Of a stretch of DNA of 64,000 nt, positions 52,625-64,000 are shown in pieces. Source of the stretch: Eledone cirrhosa (Eukaryota); assembly GCA_964016885.1 (NCBI GenBank), contig CAXHJY010001157.1:90250-154249 (forward strand). Reading direction: 5' to 3'. Under the pieces are notes generated by a model. That model saw only the letters and a program-made list of their open reading frames with translations. It searched no databases and had not been told where the DNA came from. Each line of letters opens with the position of its first letter. The stretch's first letter is position 1. A program made the translations under genes and the position numbers.

Positions 52625-54898
52625 ACTCTTTTACTCTTTTACCTGTTTCAGCCATCCGGCTGAGGCCATGCTGGGGCACCGCCCTTGTTGCTACACATTT
52701 TATCTCCAGCCTGTATAGGTTGGCCACTGGTGTAGGAGGGAGTTTGTTGCTGCTGCCCTTAGGTTTCCCTCGTGTCTTGCTGTGGGCTCATCTGGGATCC
52801 TAGATAACAAGGTGTTGAGATGTTTCTTAAAGACATCCACCTCCACGTCATGCAAGTCTCGCAGATGCCTCGGCAGCCTGTTGAAGAGTTGAGGGCCCTT
52901 GAATCCCAGGCTATTGCAATACCTGCTCCTTATTCTAGATGTGGAAGACGGGACCTTTGGCACCACACAGTGACGTCCTGTTCGACGGTTGGTCCAGCTC
53001 CCAATGCCAAAGTTTGGTGCTAGTCCCTCCAGGATTTTCCACATGTAGATCACTGCGTATCTCTCCCGTCTTCGCTCCAAGGAGTAGAGGTTCAGTTCCT
53101 TCAGCCTCTCCCAGTAGCTTGTCTCCCTCATCTTGGCAATCCTCTTGGTGTAGCTTCGCTGGATTGCCTCAAGCTCTGTGGTTAGTTTGACACTATGGGG
53201 TGACCACAGCTGGGAGCAGTAGTCCAGGCGGCTTAGGACAAAAGTCCTCCACAGTGTCAACATGGTGTCTCGATCTCTTGTAAGGAAAGTCCTCAAGATC
53301 CAGCCAGCGAATCGTCTACATGCTGTCGCCACCTTCATGATGTGTGAAGAAAAAGATGCATCATCGCTCATGTCTATGCCCAGGTCTCGTATCGATTTTG
53401 ACACGGGGATATCGGTCCCTCCTGGTCCTGTGTAGCTGTGTTCCGCTATATTTGTGTTTGTGTTTGCAGGTTTGTATTGTAGGGCTTGGAATTTGCCAGC
53501 ATTAAACTGCATGTTGTTTTCTTCCGCCCATCTGTATATGGCATCCAGATTCTGCTGTAAGAGGGCAGCGTCAGCCGGGTTTTTGATTGCCTGTGCTACC
53601 TTAGTGTCATCAGCATAGCTAGTGAGGGATGTTGTTGCATGCACCACAGAGGGCATGTCCGAGAGAGCCACCAAAAACAGTAGTGGTCCCAGGACTGTCC
53701 CCTGAGGCACCCCACTTGTTATCGGTGTTTCCCTCGAGAGGGCCCCATTTGCTGCGACTGCCTGGCTTCTGTCCCTTAGGAAGCCATGCAGCCACTCACC
53801 TACTTTTCCAGTTATGCCGAGTCCGTGTAGTTTGTGACATATCATTCCGTGGTCGACCTTGGCAAAGGCCTTCGCAAAGTCAAGATAAATCACGTCTACA
53901 TGTGAGCTGTCTAGTAGTTGTCTCAGTACCCAGTCGTAGTGATGTAGCAGCTGTGTAAGGCAGCTTCTTCCTGGGCGGAAGCCATGTTGCGTGCTAGTCA
54001 GGCGGTCATTTTCTTCGAGGAAAGTGATTAGTTTCTTTCTGACGACTCGCTCCATGACCTTACTGATATGCGACGTCAGGGAGACTGGCCTATAGTTCTT
54101 GGCCTCCGCTCTACTACCTCCTTTATGGATAGGGCATATTGTGCCTTCTTTCAGCTCCCTGGGTAGTACACCGCTAGCCAAGGAGCTTCTGAAGAGCATC
54201 TTCAGTGGAGTTGCTAAGGCCCGCTTACATATTTTTAGGAGAACTGCTGGGAATCCATCAGGTCCAGCAGCCGAGTCTGTTCTAATTTCATCAATGGCGT
54301 ACACCACATCCTCCTCCGTTATGTCTATGTGGTTGATGGTTGCCATTTCTTGATGTAGTGTTGTGGCATCAAAGAACTCCTCTGGCTTCGTTATTTGCAT
54401 GTGCCTCAGTGGACATGTGAAGACACTTTTGTACTGTTCGTTCAGTATTTCACATATCTCTTGGGGATTTTCGGTTAATGAACCGTCCGTGTGGAAGAGT
54501 GGTCCAATCTTGCAGTGTACTGAGGCAGTTTCTTTTGCAAATTTAAAGAAGGCCTTAGGGTTTGTTTTAATGTTTTCTATGGCCCTGTTCTCTTTCCTTG
54601 CCCTCTCATTCTCATGTGAAAGTTTGAGTGCAATCTCGGTGTCAAGTAGTGCACGTTTCAAATAGGATTCCTTCGTTTTGGTTTTGTTGACTATTCAACT
54701 GGTTTGAGAGTTTAGTTCTACGTCTCATAAGGATTTTCCTATCTCTGGGAATAAGATTTTTGTGTCTGTTTGCCTCTTTCTCCAGGACACACTTTTTGCA
54801 TATGGTGTGTAACGTTGTCATGAAGTGTTGAAATTGTGTGTTAGTGTCTTGTGTGGCGATGTTTACAATCCATGTTTGCTTCCGGATTTCACTCTTAA
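52625..54898 (-). mobile_element. CR1-clade LINE, 5'-truncated, RT frame open (52700-54661)
   Basis: GPDGFP, NYRPVSLTS, QHGFRPGRSC, GVPQGTVLGPLLF, YADDTK, LDYCSQLWSP and LYSLERRRERY. 3' tail (AAAAGAGT)2 runs into (TA)n. Confidence 0.95.
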
Positions 54899-57762
54899 CA
54901 TATATACATACATACATACACACATACATTTATATATATATACATACACACATACATTTATATATATATACATACATACACACATACATTTATATATACA
55001 TACATACTCACATACATTTATATATATATATATACATACATACAGATACTTACATACACATACATTTATATATATATATATACATATATACACACATACA
55101 CGTACATTTATATATATATATATACATACATACACATACATACACTTATATATATACATATATACACATATACATACATACACATACATACACATATATA
55201 TATATACATATATACACATACACATACATACACTTATATATATATATACATATATACACATACATTTATATATATACATATATACACATACATGTACATT
55301 CATTTATATATATATACATATACACATACATTTATATATATATACATATACACATACATTTATATATACATGTACATACATTTATATATATATATATATA
55401 CATATATACACATACATTTATATATACATGTACATACATTTATATATACATGTACATACATTTACATATATATATATATATATATATATATACATTTATA
55501 CACATACATTTATATATATATATATACATATACATTTATACACATACATTTATATATATATATATACATATACATTTATATATATATATACATATATACA
55601 CATACATTTATATATATATATACATATACATTTATATATATATATATACATATATACACATACATTTATATTTATATATATTGTATACATATAGTACACA
55701 TACATTTATATATTATTTATAGCATTATAGATTTACTATATACTTTACAGTATAGATATTTACATATATACATATTTATAGATATATATACACATACATT
55801 TATATATATATATATACTACTTATACATTTATATATATATATATATATATATACATATATACTCATATTTATATATATATATACATTTATACACATACAT
55901 TTTTATATATATATATACATTTATACACATACATTTATATATATATATATATATACATTTATACACATACATTTATATATATATATATATACATTATACA
56001 TACATTTATATATATATATACATATACTATTTATATATATATATACAATATATCATATTATATATATATATAGATATTAGTATATATATATACATTATAT
56101 ATACACATACATTTATATATATATATACATATACATTTATATATATATATATATACATACATTTATATATATATATAAACATACATTTATATATATATAT
56201 ATACATATATACACATACATTTTATATATAATTATATAGCATATATACATATACATTTATATATATATAATATATAACATATATACACATTATATATACA
56301 CATACATTTATATATTACATATATATACATATATACACATACATTTATATATATATATATATACATATACACATACATTTATATATATATATATATACAC
56401 ATACATTTATATATATATATATATACACATACAGGTTTTATATATATATATATATACACATACATTTATATATATATATATATATACATACATTTATATA
56501 TATATATACATACATTTATATATATATATACATACATGGTATATATATATATATATATACATACATTTATATATATATATATATATATACATACATTTAT
56601 TATATATATATATATATACATACATTTATATATATATATATATATACATACATTTATATATATATATATATATACATACATTTATATATATATATATATA
56701 TATACATACATTTATATATATAGTATATATACATACATTTATATATATATACATACATTTATATATATATATATATACATACATTTATATTTATATATAT
56801 TATATACATACATTTATATTATATATATATATATATTATATATATATATATACATACATACACATACATTTATATATATATATATATACACATATTTATA
56901 TATATATACATATATACACATACATTTATATATATATACATATATACAGATACATTTATATATATATACATATATACAGATACATTTTTATATATATACA
57001 TATATACAGATACATTTATATATATATATATACATATATACAGATACATTTTTATATATATACATATATACAGATACATTTATATATATATATATACACA
57101 TACATTTATAAATATATATATATACATATATATATACACATACATTTATATATATATATATATACATATATATATACACATACATTTATATATATATATA
57201 TATACATATATATATACACATGCATTTATATATATATATATATATACATATATATATACACATGCATTTATTATATATATATATATACATATATATATAC
57301 ACATGCATTTATATATATACACATACATGTACATACATTTATATATATACAGATACATACATTTATATATATACACATACATGTACATACATTTATATAT
57401 ATATATATATATATACATACACTATCATATATACATACACATATATACATACATACATATATACATATTATACATACATACACATATATATATACATACA
57501 TACACAAATATACATACACATATATATATTTACATACATTTATATATATATATATATATATATACATATATACACATACATTTATATATTATATATATAT
57601 ATATACACATATATACGCATACATTTATATATACATATATATATATACATATATACACATACATTTATATATATATATATATACATATATACACATACAT
57701 TTATATATATATATATATATACATATATACACATACATTTATATATATATATATATATACAT
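54899..57762. repeat. Compound (TA/TACA/CATT)n microsatellite
   Basis: Directly visible; irregular between ~55680 and 56400. Confidence 0.95.
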
Positions 57763-58248
57763 ATAGGGGTCGATTGGAAAACCTGAAACTTTACTCACTC
57801 CAACGTCGCCGTGAGCGTTATATTATCTGCATGATGTGGAAAATGTTCCATCAGCACTGCCCAAATTGATGTTGGCATCGCCTTCAAGATACACCCAAGG
57901 CTTGGGCCCCGTGCTATCCGTCCCATTCAAAAATCTAAATCGCAACTCATAACAACAATACGGCACAATTATTTCACCTCAATCGGCCCTGCTCTCTTCA
58001 ACATCACACCAGGACACGTCAAAACAGAAACTGGACCACACTAAATTCATGAAGTCTTTGGACAAATTCCTCCAAGTAATCCCGGACAAACCACCCACAC
58101 CCGGATATGTCTCCGCAAACAGTAATTCTCTTCTCGAATGGGCCATGGTGCCCAAATCCTGAATTGAAAGACTTCGCCAGGTGGTGCTATTAAGTTAGAC
58201 ATGGCCTGGGCCAATACTGGCCAAAACATTTCAAAGTTATTCAAAGTT
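57763..58248 (+). mobile_element. CR1-clade LINE 3' fragment (second family)
   Basis: [24 protein letters not shown], and GPALFN-like and DKFLQVIPDKP motifs. Ends in tcaaagttattcaaagtta tail-like repeats inside microsatellite. Confidence 0.85.
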
Positions 58249-58296
58249 ATATACACATACATTTATATATATATATATACATATATATACACATAC

Positions 58297-58333
<37 letters not shown>

Positions 58334-61300
58334 TACACATACATTTATATATATATATAATATATATACATATATACACATACATTTATATATATATATA
58401 TATATACATATATACACATACATTTATATATATATATATACATATATACACATACATTTATATATATTATATACATATATACACATACATTTATATATAC
58501 ATATATACATATATATATACATATATATACATACATACACATACATTTATATATACATATATATACATACATACACATACATTTATTATACATATATAGT
58601 ACATACATACACACATATATATATATATACATACATACACATATATATATATATTATACATACATACACATATACATACACATATATATACATACATACA
58701 CACACATATATATACATACATACACACATATATATATATACATACATACACACATATATATATACATACATACACACATATATATATACATACATACACA
58801 CATATATATATATACATACATACACACATATATATATACATACATACACACATATATATATATACATACATACACACATATATATAGTATACATACATAC
58901 ACACATATATATATATACATACATACACACATATATATATATACATACATACACACATATATATATATACATACATACACACATATATATATACATACAT
59001 ACACACATATATATATACATACATACACACATATATATATACATACATACACACATATATATATACATACATACACACATATATATATACATACATACAC
59101 ACATATATACATACATACACACATATATATATACATACATACACACATATATATATACATACATACACACACATATATATACATACATACACACATATAT
59201 ATATACATACATACACACATATATATATATATACATACATACACACATATATATATAATACATACACACACATATATATATATACATACATACACACATA
59301 TATATATATACATACATACACATATATATATATATATATACATACATACACATATATATATACATACATACACACATATATATATACATACATACACACA
59401 TATATATATACATACATACACACATATATATATACATACATACACATATATATATATACATACATAGACATATATATATATACATACATACACATATATA
59501 TATACATACATACACATATATATACATACATACACATATATATATATACATACATACACATATATATATACATACACACATATATATATACATACACACA
59601 TATATATACATACATACACACATATATATATACATACAGACATATATATATACATACACACATATACATACATACATACACACATATATATATAGTACAT
59701 ACATACATACACACATATATATATATACATACATACACACATATATATATATATACATACATACACACATATATATATATACATACATACACACATATAT
59801 ATATACATACATACACATATATATACATACATACATACACACATATATATATACATACATACACATATATATACATACATACACACATATATATATACAT
59901 ACATACACACATATATATATACATACATACACACATATATATACATACATACACACATATATATATATACATACATACATACACACATATATATATATAC
60001 ATACATACACACATATATATATACATACACACATATATATATATACATACATACATATATATATATACATACATACACATATATATATACATACATACAC
60101 ACATATATATACATACATACACACATATATATATACATACACACACATATATATATATACATACATACACACACATATATATACATACACACACATATAT
60201 ATATACATACATACACACATATATATATACATACATACACACATATATATATATACATACATACACACATATATATATACATACATACACACATATATAT
60301 ATACATACATACACACACATATATATACATACATACACACATATATATATACATACATACACACATATATATATATATACATACATACACACATATATAT
60401 ATATACATACATACACACATATATATATATACATACATACACATATATATATATATATATACATACATACACATATATATATACATACATACACACATAT
60501 ATATATACATACATACACACATATATATATACATACATACACACATATATATATACATACATACACATATATATATATACATACATACACATATATATAT
60601 ATACATACATACACATATATATATACATACATACACATATATATACATACATACACATATATATATATACATACATACACATATATATATACATACACAC
60701 ATATATATATACATACACACATATATATACATACATACACACATATATATATACATACAGACATATATATATACATACACACATATACATACATACATAC
60801 ACACATATATATATATACATACATACATACACACATATATATATATACATACATACACACATATATATATATATACATACATACACACATATATATATAT
60901 ACATACATACACACATATATATATACATACATACACATATATATACATACATACATACACACATATATATATACATACATACACATATATATACATACAT
61001 ACATACACACATATATATATACATACATACACACATATATATATACATACATACACACATATATATACATACATACACACATATATATATATACATACAT
61101 ACATACACACATATATATATATACATACATACACACATATATATATACATACACACATATATATATATACATACATACATATATATATATACATACATAC
61201 ACATATATATATACATACATACACACATATATATACATACATACACACATATATATATACATACACACACATATATATATATACATACATACACACACAT

Positions 61301-61604
61301 ATATATACATACACACACACATATATATATACATACATACACACATATATATATACATACATACACACATATATATATATACATACATACACACATATAT
61401 ATATACATACATACACACATATATATATACATACATACATACATATATATATACATACATACATACATATATATACATACATACACAGATATATACATAC
61501 ATACACACATATATATATATACATACATACACATATATATATACATACATACACACATATATATACATACATACACATATATATATATATACATACACAC
61601 ATAT
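58249..61604. repeat. Compound microsatellite/minisatellite (TA)n-TACA-TACA-CA
   Basis: Directly visible ~20-22-bp quasi-periodic units. Confidence 0.95.
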
Positions 61605-62167
61605 ATGGTGGCTGCCAACTCGTTTTCGAGTACGGCCACTACTTTATATCCATGTAGGAGAACCCCTACCAATGCGCTGAACGAATGTGACTTTTTAGTC
61701 CAGCCAGCGACTTGAAAACTCTGGTACAAACACTACACTTGTGACAATTATTGACACATAGTGCTGGGCCAATGGTACCATGTGACGACAAGTGCAGAGA
61801 GATCTCCAGATATAAAGCAATGCCTGTGCTGTGAAGCTTTTATAGTGAGCAAAGGCACTGCACAAAGCCAGTCCCACTCTCTTAACCAAGATGATATTTA
61901 CCAAAAAGAAGAACAATTCAACATCATTGGATACCATCAGGGTTGCAGGTGTTATATCAGAGTTTTCCTTCTCCTAGAATTCTGCCTTGACAAAGGCTAA
62001 GGGGTCATCTCTCCCGGTGTGATTTGGATGGCTATTGACTCTTAAGAGCCCCTTTGCCTTTTGACAGGTTTTGTTTTTAGTCCTGCAGGATGTCCAAAGC
62101 CACCCTCCTCACCAAGAAACCTTGGTGGGGTTGCCAGTTTAGTCGCCAACGACCCGACCATGAGACA
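61605..62167. mobile_element. Unclassified insertion in microsatellite, probably a LINE 5'UTR-region fragment
   Basis: Complex-sequence island with sharp microsatellite boundaries. No recognisable protein motif. Confidence 0.4.
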
Positions 62168-63371
62168 CATATATATACATACATACACACATATATATAT
62201 ATATACATACACACATATATATATATACATACACACATATATATACATACATACACACATATATATATATATACATACATACACACATATATATATATAC
62301 ATACATACACACATATATATATATATACATACATACACACATATATATATATATATACATACATACACACATATATATATATACATACATACACATACAT
62401 ATATATACATACACATATATATATACATACATACATACACATATATATATATACATACACATATATATATATACATACACATATATATTATATATATTAC
62501 ATACACATAAATATATATATATACATACACATATATATATACATAATATACATACACATATATATATACATACATACACATATATATATATATACATACA
62601 TACACATATATATATTATATATACATACATACACATATATATATATATATACATACATACACATATATATATATATACATACATACACATATATATATAT
62701 ATATACATAACATACACATATATATATATATATACATACATACACATATATATATACATACATACATACACATATATATATATATATATATACATACACA
62801 ATATATATATATATACATACCATATATACATATATTATATATATATACTATACATACATACAATATATATATAAATATACATACACATATATATATATAT
62901 ATAATATACATACACATATATATATATATATACATACACATATATATATATATATATATACTACACATATATATATATATATACATACATATATATATAT
63001 AATATATACATACACATATATATATATATATATACATACACATATATATATATAATATATACATACACATATATATATATATATACATACATACACATAA
63101 TATATATATATATACATACACATATATATATATACATACATACACATATATAATATATACATACATACACATATATATATACATACATACATACACATAT
63201 ATATATATATATATACACATATATATATATATATATACATACACATATATATATATACATACATACACATATATATATATACATACATACATATATATAA
63301 TATACATACACATATATATATATATATACATACATATATATATATATATACATACACATATATATATATAT

Positions 63372-63402
<31 letters not shown>

Positions 63403-64000
63403 CATACATATATATATATATACATACAATATATATATATATACATACACATATATATATATATATATACATACATATATATATATATATACATACACAT
63501 ATATATATATATAATACATACATACACATATATATATATATATACATAACAATATATATAATACATACATACACATATATATATATATATATACATACAT
63601 ACACATATATATATATATATACATACAACACATATATATATATATATACATACATACACATATATATATATATATACATACATACACATTATATATATAT
63701 ATATACATACATACACATATATATATATATACATACATACACATATATATATATATATACATACATACACATATATATATATATATACATACATACACAT
63801 ATATATATATATATACATACATACACATATATATATACTATATACATACATACACATATATATATATATATACATACATACACATATATATATATATATA
63901 CATACATACACATATATATATATACATATACATACAACTACACATATATATATATATATACATACATACACTATATATATATATACATACATACACACAT
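62168..64000. repeat. Compound (TA/TACA/CA)n microsatellite
   Basis: Directly visible. Confidence 0.95.

Noticed and set aside
55680-56420. Irregular, degenerate microsatellite segment as a distinct element
   Set aside because: Scattered indels and substitutions in an otherwise regular repeat look like low consensus accuracy or local decay.
50702-64000. Very long Y/I/H/T or M/C/V/Y ORFs (up to 1047 aa)
   Set aside because: Artefacts of stop-free (TA/CA/TACA)n microsatellites.

Overview
Repeat-rich, AT-rich animal genomic DNA. The SINE and MITE repertoire and the very long (TA/TACA/CA)n microsatellites suggest an octopod cephalopod (inference). The only host gene I can support is the 5' part of a pecanex-like 4 (PCNX4) gene on the minus strand: four phase-compatible coding exons between 10788 and 595, continuing beyond the window start. 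The rest is transposon-derived or tandem repeat: two copies of a GIY-YIG Penelope-like (Naiad-type) retroelement, another Penelope RT relic, three CRE-clade RLE fragments, CR1 and RTE LINEs, a decayed mariner, TTAA MITEs, tRNA-derived SINEs, an ~67-copy 87-bp satellite, a 26-bp minisatellite, and long compound microsatellite tracts that act as retroelement landing sites. The most notable observation is an apparently non-coding ~930-bp element in a PCNX4 intron (1651-2582, minus strand). It carries a hammerhead-ribozyme core with an unusual branched stem II. Its ~185-bp terminal direct repeat begins exactly at the predicted GUC cleavage site, as expected for a retrozyme-like element with a ~746-nt monomer inserted in (TA)n. 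Several other hammerhead motifs and hammerhead-containing fold-backs occur nearby and at ~44.9-45.3 kb. All structures were read by eye; none has been computationally folded or searched.
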